DNA of 54,448 nucleotides from Deltaproteobacteria bacterium (GTDB lineage Bacteria; Desulfobacterota; Desulfobacteria; Desulfobacterales; JAFDMD01): NCBI GenBank assembly GCA_019306185.1, contig JAFDMD010000001.1, positions 1 to 54,448 of the forward strand, read 5' to 3'. Shown piece by piece: positions 46,285 to 54,448 of this stretch (position 1 is its first letter; each line of letters starts with the position of its first letter). The notes under the pieces were generated by a model. It saw only the letters and a program-made list of their open reading frames with translations, ran no database searches and was not told where the DNA came from. The position numbers and the translations under genes were made by a program.

Positions 46285-48717
46285 ATGAATAACAATCCGA
46301 GAACCGGCGTTTTTATATGCAAATGCGGCAACAAAATAGAACCTCAAATAGATTTGAATATAATTATTAATAAACTTAAAGAGGATGCCGAAATTTGTCA
46401 TTGCCAAATCATACCCTATTCCTGTTTAAAGCCGGGTATTGAAAAAATAACCGAAGCAATAGCTGACAACAATTTAAACCGCATTATCATAGCCGGTTGC
46501 GAAGAAAGGCTTATGCTTAAAAAATTTGAGACCGAATTAAAAGATACGCCGATTACCAAAAAAAGAATAAAAATTCTTAATATCAGAGGGCATATCGCTT
46601 CCGTATCGGATATTAATCCCGAATTAAAAGCAATAAAAAGCGTCCGGTTAATAAAAGCCGCGGCTGCCGATATTAATTCGTTAAAACCTATAAAAAGAGA
46701 CAAGGCAAACGTAGAAGGGCAGATTATGATATTAGGAAACGGCGCGGCTTTATATTCAGCCGCGGCAGAGCTTCTTTCAAGCGGGCATAAATGTATTCTA
46801 TTCGATTTTATTAACGATTATGATAAAGCGCTTGCAAACATCAGAGAAAAGTATCCCGGAGATAGAGATCGGGATAAATTTATAGAAAATACAATAAAAA
46901 GAATAAAAGAAAATCCTAACGCCAAAATTATAACAGAAGGCAAAGTTAAAAATATTTTCGGCATTACCGGAGGCTATGGAATATCGGTTGAAAATTTTGC
47001 GGATAATACAAATAAAATCTATAAAGTTGCGGCGGTAATAGCATGCTTGGACGGCAAATTGGAAGCTTCTTCGCCGGAATACGAAGATAAAAGCGGAACC
47101 GTAATAAGTATGGAGAAAATCGAAAAATATATAAATGCAAACGGCGTTTTAAACAAAAAAATAGTATTTTTAATAAACGATTATGAAATAAAACAGCCGG
47201 AATTTGCAAAACTTTCTCTTGATTCTGCTTGGAAAATCGGAAGACGAATCAGAGAAAGCTACCACAACTCTCATGCAACGATACTATTCAATCATAAAAT
47301 CCCTATTCCTTTAACCTCTGCAGAGCGAAAGCTGAGCAGAGAATTAAAAATATCTTGGATACCGTATTCCGATATAACTCCGCCTATACTTCAGCAGGGA
47401 TATATAGTTTACTGTGATTCCAAAACAAACATAGAAGAAGAAATATCCTTCGATTGGACGGTATTGGCTCCGAAACGAAGCATAGGATACAAGGTATCAG
47501 AAATAATGAGACTTATTAATGTCTCTTATATTAAAGGAGAATTTATATTTGCGTCGGATCCTAAAGTTCGTCCTGAAATGATAGGATGCAAAGAGGCTTA
47601 TGTTGCGGGAAGCGCGTTTTATCCGTGCAATCTGAGCATCGCGCTTACTCAAGGCAGGCAGGCGGCAAGGAAAGTTTCAGAGATGTTAAACAAATCGAAT
47701 TTAAAAGAGCTTATAATACCGGATGTTATAAGCTACATAGATCCTGAAAAATGCGTTGCATGCGGTCTTTGCGAACAGCTTTGCGAAAACGGTTCCATAA
47801 GCGTATCAAAAGCGGAAGGAGGCGCTTTAACAAGAATAATAGATCCTATGCGCTGTACCGGAGGCGGAACATGCGCTGCTTCCTGTCCTTATAACGCAAT
47901 AATTTTGCAAAATAATACATGCGAGCAGAAAGAAAACGGAATCTCTGTTTTGGCAAGTCAAATGGAAGCCGATCAGATAATAGCGCTTACATGCGCATGG
48001 GCTGGAACGCCGGCTGCAGATAATGCGGGCAAAAAAGGAATTAAATACGACCACAGAGCCCATATAGTTCCGGTTACATGCGCCGGCCAGCTTGACCCTT
48101 CCATATTTGCAAAAGCATTTGTTTCCGGCGCTTCGGGGCTTATAATAATAGGCTGTGATCCGAACGCATGCCACCATTCTTACGGCATAGATCATGCGTG
48201 GAGCAGAGTGAACGCAATAAAAAAACTTTTTACAATAAGCGGAATTAACAGACGCAGAATAGCTTTGGCTCATACCGATATAAAAAGAGCCGAAAATTTT
48301 GCCGTCATAATAAATCATTTTGTTAAAACCATAGAAGAACTGGGACCTATTGAAAAAACAACTTCAACTACGGCAAAATTAAATTGCATATACGAAATAA
48401 TGAAATACGACAGCCGAATAAGACATCTGATAGCGGCAGATTTAAGACTGCCTTACGAACAGGCTTACAGAGGCGATCATGCGCATATTTTCGATTACGA
48501 TAAAGATATTACAAAAGCCTTGCGGGAAGAATTTTTAAAAACAAGAATAAAATATCTTTTAAAAACGGAAAAAGCTTATTTTACTTTAGATAATATTGTA
48601 AAACTGCTGGAGGCGGAAAAAAATGAGGTTTCAAAAAGTATTTCGGAGATGATTAGCGAAGCTTTAATAGAATGCGAATACAAAAAACGGGAGCCTTTAT
48701 TTTTTATCAAAGATTAA
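46285..48717 (+). CDS. HdrA-like FAD/FeS oxidoreductase fused to an MvhD-like domain
   Basis: Dinucleotide fold ILGNGAALYSAA, 2x[4Fe-4S] CVACGLCEQLC...CTGGGTCAASCP, and an MvhD/FlpD-like block (LTCAWAGTPAADNAG...VPVTCAGQLD...IIGCDPNACHH). Confidence 0.65.
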   Translation: MNNNPRTGVFICKCGNKIEPQIDLNIIINKLKEDAEICHCQIIPYSCLKPGIEKITEAIADNNLNRIIIAGCEERLMLKKFETELKDTPITKKRIKILNIRGHIASVSDINPELKAIKSVRLIKAAAADINSLKPIKRDKANVEGQIMILGNGAALYSAAAELLSSGHKCILFDFINDYDKALANIREKYPGDRDRDKFIENTIKRIKENPNAKIITEGKVKNIFGITGGYGISVENFADNTNKIYKVAAVIACLDGKLEASSPEYEDKSGTVISMEKIEKYINANGVLNKKIVFLINDYEIKQPEFAKLSLDSAWKIGRRIRESYHNSHATILFNHKIPIPLTSAERKLSRELKISWIPYSDITPPILQQGYIVYCDSKTNIEEEISFDWTVLAPKRSIGYKVSEIMRLINVSYIKGEFIFASDPKVRPEMIGCKEAYVAGSAFYPCNLSIALTQGRQAARKVSEMLNKSNLKELIIPDVISYIDPEKCVACGLCEQLCENGSISVSKAEGGALTRIIDPMRCTGGGTCAASCPYNAIILQNNTCEQKENGISVLASQMEADQIIALTCAWAGTPAADNAGKKGIKYDHRAHIVPVTCAGQLDPSIFAKAFVSGASGLIIIGCDPNACHHSYGIDHAWSRVNAIKKLFTISGINRRRIALAHTDIKRAENFAVIINHFVKTIEELGPIEKTTSTTAKLNCIYEIMKYDSRIRHLIAADLRLPYEQAYRGDHAHIFDYDKDITKALREEFLKTRIKYLLKTEKAYFTLDNIVKLLEAEKNEVSKSISEMISEALIECEYKKREPLFFIKD

Positions 48718-48745
48718 TGCCTTTTGTAGAAAAAAATCCTTTACG

Positions 48746-48774
48746 GTAGAGACGTTGCATCGCAACGTCTCTAC
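48746..48774. repeat. Best-preserved REP-like hairpin GTAGAGACGTTGCAT-C-GCAACGTCTCTAC
   Basis: 12-bp perfect arms with a GTAG head, followed by the CTCTGTTACTTTGTATCTC tail module seen at other sites. Confidence 0.85.
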
Positions 48775-48830
48775 TCTGCCCCTCTGTTACTTTGTATCTC
48801 GTATATAATTGAAATGACGAGGGTAAAAAT

Positions 48831-49652
48831 CTAATTGCTTTGTTTTAAAAACTTTTTATGTGTCCGCTTAATTGAGGTTTTAACCTTTTTTATATCTTCT
48901 ACAAGTTCCAAATCTTCGGGCAAAATATTGCTTATCTGTTTCATTGTTTTTCTTACCTCTACTCCGGCTATTTCTGCAGCAGCTTCAAGAGGTTTCTGCC
49001 CTTTTATATTCTCTTTTTTTATTTTTAATTCGGTTTGGGTTAATCGAAACAGATTTGCCGCAAGCTCCTCTTTTCCCATAAAATCTAATAATGTTCTTCC
49101 TTTTTTATCAAACCCTTTATAGTTTTTAAGATCATTTAAATTCATGTTATACAAGCCGCGGTAACCTGCATTTTGAAACAAAGGATAATTGTAAACGCCT
49201 CTTTCGTTTGCGGTTCCACTTAATGTTTTTTCTCTGTCCGTAACCTCGTTTCTTATTAAAACCCTTTCGATATTTCTGGCTTCTTCAAGATAATTTCTAA
49301 AACTTTCCGCTATAGCTACAAAATAAGCTTGGGCTTGCGCAACCTTCTGTTTTTTGGTATCTCCGTTCATTGCCGCCAAATAGCAGGCGAATCTGGAAAG
49401 CTTATAATCTTTTTCTTTTTTGCCTTCTATGTCGCGCTCTATTTGTTTAAAATTTTCCGAAACATCTATGTCTAAAGTCATACATGCGGATATTGCCTTA
49501 TTGATGATTCTTTTAAAGCCCTTATAATCGTAATATCCTAAAAAAAGCATTAGGTCTCTTGCATACCAATATATTATATCATTTTTACGACAAAAATTTT
49601 CAAAACTTGTTTTATTTTTATCGAAATGAAAAATTTCCAATTGATTATCCAT
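48831..49652 (-). CDS. dinD: DinD-like DNA-damage-inducible protein
   Basis: 273 aa. LSRFACYLAAMNGD, AQAYF, FQNAGYRGLY and MGKEELAANLFRLTQTE match my recollection of E. coli DinD blocks. Not verified by search. Confidence 0.6.
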   Translation of the reverse strand: MDNQLEIFHFDKNKTSFENFCRKNDIIYWYARDLMLFLGYYDYKGFKRIINKAISACMTLDIDVSENFKQIERDIEGKKEKDYKLSRFACYLAAMNGDTKKQKVAQAQAYFVAIAESFRNYLEEARNIERVLIRNEVTDREKTLSGTANERGVYNYPLFQNAGYRGLYNMNLNDLKNYKGFDKKGRTLLDFMGKEELAANLFRLTQTELKIKKENIKGQKPLEAAAEIAGVEVRKTMKQISNILPEDLELVEDIKKVKTSIKRTHKKFLKQSN

Positions 49653-49864
49653 TGTTATATCCTACCGATTATAAAGAGTTAAAGCGAGTAAGTTATAAGA
49701 TATTTTATTAATTTTTCAGGCAACTTTTGACGATATTTTTTATTTGCAGATTTCAATATACTATATGGGTTTTATTTTTATCAAGTCTTATATATAAAAT
49801 TAATAAAAAAGCTAATACCAAGATTAGAAATCCGACTTTGTCTCCCTGTATCTTTGTATTTCCG

Positions 49865-50668
49865 TCATATAAAGCCCGTAAAAAGATTCATATACCAGCT
49901 AATCAAAGCTTGTCCGAAAAAAATATATAATATCGCCCCGGCAGATAAAAAAGGGGCAAAAGGAAGTAAAATTTTATTTGTCGATAAAAATCTCCCATGA
50001 TATTTGAAATCTTTTTTTTTCATAAAAATAAAACAAAGCGCTCCTGCAATGCTTCCCAATAAAGAGCTTATAGTAACGGTAAATAATACCCCTTTAAAGC
50101 CTATAAAAGCGCCGATCATAGCCAAAAGCTTAATATCGCCTCCGCCCATGCCATCTTTTTTTGTTACCGCTTTATAAATCCAAGCTATAAGCATAAGAAG
50201 CGCCGCGCCGGCTATAATCCCTAAAAAAGAATCAAACGGCTTAATTTTTTTAAAAACAAAAGAGAAAGCAAAGCCTATTGTCGTAAACGGAACAGTGATA
50301 AAATTAGGAATTATGCCGCGTTTAACATCTATAAAAGATATTATAATAAGCAAGCTTGTAAGAATAAAAAAAAATGCAAAAACTGCGGAAAAGCCGAATT
50401 TTAAAAAATATAATAAAGCAAAAACTGCGGATAAAAGTTCTACCGTTATATATATATAAGATATTTTCTCTTTACAAAAAGGGCATCTGCCTTTAATAAT
50501 AATATAACTTATTATTGGAACATTATGATAAAATTTAATTGGTGATTTGCATCTTTGGCAAAAGGAGCGGGGCGTAAAAATTGATCTGTTTTGCGGAATT
50601 CTGTAAATACAGACATTAAGAAAACTGCCTATACATCCGCCGAAAATAAAAAATAATATTGCAATCAT
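49865..50668 (-). CDS. pilD: Prepilin peptidase (A24 family)
   Basis: GSFLNVCIYRIP, Cys box C..C...C..C, GGGDIKL catalytic Asp context and multiple TM helices. Confidence 0.88.
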   Translation of the reverse strand: MIAILFFIFGGCIGSFLNVCIYRIPQNRSIFTPRSFCQRCKSPIKFYHNVPIISYIIIKGRCPFCKEKISYIYITVELLSAVFALLYFLKFGFSAVFAFFFILTSLLIIISFIDVKRGIIPNFITVPFTTIGFAFSFVFKKIKPFDSFLGIIAGAALLMLIAWIYKAVTKKDGMGGGDIKLLAMIGAFIGFKGVLFTVTISSLLGSIAGALCFIFMKKKDFKYHGRFLSTNKILLPFAPFLSAGAILYIFFGQALISWYMNLFTGFI

Positions 50669-50686
50669 ATTAATTAGATTATATTG

Positions 50687-50836
50687 AATATTTTTCGTAG
50701 AAACAAGTTTTATTTTGTCCGTTTTCTGCGTTATGCGAAAATTTTAATCCTCTAAATACTTTAAGTATTCCTGCGGTTAAAATTTTCGCATGTCTTGGAG
50801 GCGAACAAAATAAAACTTGTTTCTACGAAAAATATT
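50687..50836 (-). repeat. Palindromic intergenic element, copy 3, nested perfect palindromes, sense orientation 18 nt upstream of pilD
   Basis: 32-bp perfect outer arms (50687-50718 / 50805-50836), 15-bp perfect inner arms (50733-50747 / 50777-50791) and a central AATACTTTAAGTATT. Confidence 0.9.
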
Positions 50837-50941
50837 TATAAATATATAAAGAATCATAATTAAAATTAAGATACAAAAAAGAATGATTATAAAAGGAGAT
50901 GTCCAAAGTTTTTTTGTAAAAGCAATAAGCAAGAAAACAAA

Positions 50942-50967
50942 ATAGAGGTTGTATTCAACATCTCTAC
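50942..50967. repeat. Degenerate REP-like hairpin ATAGAGGTTGTATTCAACATCTCTAC with TTTGTATTTCTGTATCTG tail
   Basis: Same family as 48746-48774. Confidence 0.55.
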
Positions 50968-51092
50968 TTTGTATTTCTGTATCTGAAAAAATATTTTATC
51001 CTGTATATTAACCGCTTATTTGCGCCGATTATATATACGGATGTTATTAATAAAAAATAAAATAAAAAAGAAAAAAAACAGGAGATTATTAT

Positions 51093-53465
51093 ATGGCTAT
51101 ATCTATAACCGACACGGAACCGATATTAAACTTTGCCAAAGAGGATTTGGATAAAATACCTAATGTTATGCCTTTGCTTCCCGTAAGAGATATAGTTGTG
51201 TTTGCAGATATGCTTTTTCCGCTTTTTGTAGGACGAGACAGAGCCGTTAATGCCGTAGATGAAGCAATGTCAAAAGATAATTTCATCTTTTTAGCGACTC
51301 AAAAAGATTCCGAAACAGACGATCCAAAAGCTGACGCAATATTTACTATGGGAACCGTATGTAAAATACTGCGCGTAGTTAAAATTCCTAACGGACAAAC
51401 AAAACTTCTTGTGCGCGGAATTGTAAGAGCCCAAATAGTAAAATATATAAAAAGAAAAAAATCTTTTACGGTGCAAATTCAAATTATAAAAGAGCCGAAA
51501 GTTTCGGCAGAAGACCTTGCAAGTCAAGCTCTTATGCGCACAGTTCGTCAGAACTGCGAAAAAATTCTTCGTATAAACGGAGAAATGAACGGAGAAATAG
51601 CGATTCTTTTTGCCAAAATAACCGAGCCGGGTAAATTGGCAGATATAGTTGCCGCAAATCTGAGATTAAGAAATGAAGAATGCCAAATGATTTTGGAAAT
51701 AGTCGATCCTATAAAGCGCCTTAAAAAAGTAAACCAATTTCTTTCAAAAGAGGTTGCTCTTTCCAAAATGCAGGCAAAAATACAAGCTAACGTTAGAGAT
51801 GAAATTACAAAAAACCAGCGCGATTATTTTTTAAAAGAACAGGTCAGGGCAATCAACAAAGAGCTTGGCGAGACAGACGAAAAATACGAAGAGATAATCG
51901 AATACGAAAAAAAAATAAAAAAAGCAGAAATGCCCAAACATGCGTTAGAAGAGGCAGAAAGCCAATTAATACGGTTAGAACAGATGCATCCGGAAGCTTC
52001 GGAAGCCTCTATGGTAAGAACATATCTCGATTGGCTTGTAGATCTTCCGTGGAGCAAATCTACAAAAGATAATTACGATATAAAAAAATCAAAAACAGTT
52101 CTGGATAAACATCATTACGGATTAACAGATATTAAAGATAGAATTATAGAATATCTTAGCGTTAAAAAATTAAATCCGGAAATGAGAGGACCTATCTTAT
52201 GCTTTGTAGGACCTCCGGGGGTAGGAAAAACATCTCTGGGTAAAGCAATAGCAAAATCTATGAAGCGCAAGTTTGTTCGCATATCTTTGGGCGGCATAAA
52301 AGACGAGGCTGAAATAAGAGGACACAGAAGAACATACATAGGTTCTTTGCCGGGAAGAGTTTTGCAAAGTTTAAAACAATGCAAAAGCGCCAATCCTGTT
52401 TTTATGATGGATGAAATAGATAAAATAGGCGCGGATTTCCGAGGCGATCCCGCTTCCGCGCTTCTTGAAGCGCTTGATCCGGAGCAAAACTCCGAATTTA
52501 GCGATCATTATATAAACCTTAACTTTGATCTTTCCAAAGTAATGTTTATACTTACCGCAAATATAACAGATACAATACCTCCGGCTCTTCTTGATAGAAT
52601 GGAAATAATAGAATTATCCGGCTATACCGAAGAAGAGAAAACCGCAATAGCAAAACGGCATCTTATACCCCGGCAAAAAGAGAACAACGGACTTAAAAGA
52701 AGAAAAATAACCATAATCCCCAAAGCTATATCTGCCATGCTCAACGGTTATACCTCCGAAGCGGGAGTAAGAAATCTTGAAAGACAGCTAAATAAAATAT
52801 TTAGAAAAATTGCAAGAAAAACAGTGGAAGGAAAAAAGGGTCCTTTTAGTATAACAGAAAAAAATTTAAAAGATTATCTGGGGATTGCGAAATATTATCC
52901 GGAAATGGATAAAGAGGAAAGTCAAATAGGAGTGGCTACAGGGCTTGCGTGGACGCAGACCGGCGGCGAGGTTCTTTATGTAGAAGTTTCTTTAATCCCC
53001 GGTAAAAACGAATTAATAACAACAGGACAGCTCGGAGATGTTATGGAAGAATCCGCAAAAGCCGCAGTAAGTTATGCCAGATCAAATTTAAAAGCTTACG
53101 GTTTGAAAAAAGATTTTTTTGAAAACACAGATGTTCATATACATGTTCCTGCAGGAGCAACGCCAAAAGACGGACCTTCGGCAGGTATTGCTATGGCTAC
53201 GGCTCTTATTTCAGCCATGAGTTTAAAGCCTATTTCAAAGGATGTGGCTATGACAGGAGAAATAACTTTAAGAGGAAGAGTTCTTCCTATAGGCGGGTTA
53301 AAAGAAAAGACTCTCGGAGGTTTGCGCGCAGGTATAAAAAAGATTATTATTCCGAAAAAAAACGAGCAAGAGATCAGTAAGCTTCCTGATAATGTTAAAG
53401 AAAAAATACGGTTTATATCTGTTAAAAATATGGACGAGGTGCTTAAAGCGGCGTTTGATGTATAA
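51093..53465 (+). CDS. lon: Lon protease (LonA), paralog 2
   Basis: Same domain motifs as paralog 1 ([28 protein letters not shown]) but clearly diverged elsewhere. Confidence 0.92.
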   Translation: MAISITDTEPILNFAKEDLDKIPNVMPLLPVRDIVVFADMLFPLFVGRDRAVNAVDEAMSKDNFIFLATQKDSETDDPKADAIFTMGTVCKILRVVKIPNGQTKLLVRGIVRAQIVKYIKRKKSFTVQIQIIKEPKVSAEDLASQALMRTVRQNCEKILRINGEMNGEIAILFAKITEPGKLADIVAANLRLRNEECQMILEIVDPIKRLKKVNQFLSKEVALSKMQAKIQANVRDEITKNQRDYFLKEQVRAINKELGETDEKYEEIIEYEKKIKKAEMPKHALEEAESQLIRLEQMHPEASEASMVRTYLDWLVDLPWSKSTKDNYDIKKSKTVLDKHHYGLTDIKDRIIEYLSVKKLNPEMRGPILCFVGPPGVGKTSLGKAIAKSMKRKFVRISLGGIKDEAEIRGHRRTYIGSLPGRVLQSLKQCKSANPVFMMDEIDKIGADFRGDPASALLEALDPEQNSEFSDHYINLNFDLSKVMFILTANITDTIPPALLDRMEIIELSGYTEEEKTAIAKRHLIPRQKENNGLKRRKITIIPKAISAMLNGYTSEAGVRNLERQLNKIFRKIARKTVEGKKGPFSITEKNLKDYLGIAKYYPEMDKEESQIGVATGLAWTQTGGEVLYVEVSLIPGKNELITTGQLGDVMEESAKAAVSYARSNLKAYGLKKDFFENTDVHIHVPAGATPKDGPSAGIAMATALISAMSLKPISKDVAMTGEITLRGRVLPIGGLKEKTLGGLRAGIKKIIIPKKNEQEISKLPDNVKEKIRFISVKNMDEVLKAAFDV

Positions 53466-54087
53466 AAATTTAAAAAAATCAGATTTTTTCGTTTTGGCGT
53501 TTGATACTACTACTTTTAACGCCGACATAGCGGTTTTAAAAAATTTTTCGGTTATTGCACAAATAAACGATACAACCAAAACAACCCATTCTACTCGTAT
53601 TATAAAATTAACCGAAAAAGTTTTGGCGCGGGCAAAAATTAAATTATCCGATATATCCGGCATAGCAGTCTGCACAGGTCCCGGCAGTTTTACTGGCGTA
53701 AGAATAGGGCTTGCTTTTGCAAAAGGGCTTGCTTACGCGCTGCAAATAAAAATAGCTGGCATTACAAGCCTTCAAGCGCTTGCTGCAGCCGCGCCTTTTT
53801 CGGACAGATTAATATGTTCCGTAATAGACGCTCAAAGAAACCAGATGTATTTTGCGGGATATAAATATCAAAAGAACATCTTAACCCTTAAAATAAAAGA
53901 GCAGGCAGGCTCAATAGAAGATCTTGCAAAACATATAAAAGAGCCGGTTTTATTTATAGGAGACGGACTTATTAAATATAAAAAAAAAATAAGTTCTATA
54001 TTTAAAGAATCGGCAAAATTTATTTCGGATGATTTTAATACAGTTAAAGCTCAATATATAGGAAAACTCACGAATTTTTTTTTTTAA
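53458..54087 (+). CDS. tsaB: tRNA threonylcarbamoyladenosine biosynthesis protein TsaB
   Basis: LAFDTTT..., GPGSFTGVRIG and a YeaZ-like fold. ATG at 53458 overlaps the lon stop (ATGTATAA). The track's 53392 start would run inside lon. Confidence 0.82.
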   Translation: MYKNLKKSDFFVLAFDTTTFNADIAVLKNFSVIAQINDTTKTTHSTRIIKLTEKVLARAKIKLSDISGIAVCTGPGSFTGVRIGLAFAKGLAYALQIKIAGITSLQALAAAAPFSDRLICSVIDAQRNQMYFAGYKYQKNILTLKIKEQAGSIEDLAKHIKEPVLFIGDGLIKYKKKISSIFKESAKFISDDFNTVKAQYIGKLTNFFF

Positions 54088-54233
54088 ATAATAACAACAA
54101 ACTTTACGATGTTAATCCTGTTTATATAAGAAAGCCGGATATAAGGTAGAACAAGTAACAGAGACACAGCGACAAAGGAACAAAAGAAACTGTAATATAT
54201 AATACAGTATACAGGTTAACGGAGACGAGGCTT

Positions 54234-54448
54234 ATGAGTTTGGTCAGAGCGCGCAAGATTTTACCGATTTTCATTTTATCAATTTCATTTTTCATCACAT
54301 CAAATTTAACAAATCCGATATTATCAAAAGCCTTGGATATAGTAGCAGACAAGAGCGCTGCGCCGTCAAATCAGGCGGGCATGGACGCTGCGTCAAACGG
54401 AGTAAGGTTAATCAATATAGTTGCTCCGTCTGTCCAGGGAGTATCTCA
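54234..54448 (+). CDS. 5' end of a filamentous-hemagglutinin/TpsA-type exoprotein (partial, runs off the window)
   Basis: Extended signal region MSLVRARKILPIFILSISFF, then ADKSAAPSNQAGMDAASNGVRLINIVAPSVQGVS, which matches the start of the TPS secretion domain (...NGV..VNI..P...GVS). Confidence 0.6.
   Translation, partial: MSLVRARKILPIFILSISFFITSNLTNPILSKALDIVADKSAAPSNQAGMDAASNGVRLINIVAPSVQGVS

Noticed and set aside
54122-54352. 76-aa minus-strand ORF at the right edge
   Set aside because: The + strand frame across the same region gives a recognisable TPS-domain N-terminus with a signal region, so the minus ORF is the shadow.

Overview
AT-rich bacterial chromosomal window, probably from an anaerobe given SelB and a NuoEF/HdrA/MvhD-type redox cluster. 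Most of it is housekeeping: argS, a SPOR protein, gatC, mutL, gatB, panB, hisS, aspS, tsaD, moeA, tig-clpP-clpX-lon, selB, moaB, glnD, purSL, pilD, a second lon and tsaB. There are four tRNAs: Met/Ile2-CAT, Asn-GTT, Leu-CAA and Leu-TAG. Accessory material sits in a few slots. (1) A single-polypeptide nuclease-methylase-specificity (R-M-S) restriction enzyme lies next to tRNA-Asn. (2) A Fic AMPylase lies between tRNA-Leu and tsaD. (3) A decaying islet between selB and moaB holds an orphan secreted protein that looks GC-richer by eye, a HEPN/MNT pair whose HEPN has an in-frame TGA at a Trp position, a HigB/HigA deletion remnant and a RelE/ParE fragment. (4) The best candidate for an undescribed system is a two-gene cassette at 35361-37327: an ABC/SMC-like AAA ATPase plus a small PD-(D/E)xK-like protein. 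It is inserted between moaB and glnD, is bracketed by a duplicated 22-bp exact repeat, and its ATPase frame is broken at a C5 run. (5) A DinD-like gene is also present. The intergenic regions carry several families of short dispersed repeats. One is a 100-150 bp palindromic element that sits in sense orientation just upstream of aspS, clpX, selB and pilD. Others are GTAG-headed REP-like hairpins, a GGGATTTCTC-type inverted-repeat element, and mosaic leader modules. A 10-copy 17-bp tandem array lies near the left edge. The window ends in the 5' end of a filamentous-hemagglutinin/TpsA-type gene. All family assignments come from motif recognition by eye; no searches were run.
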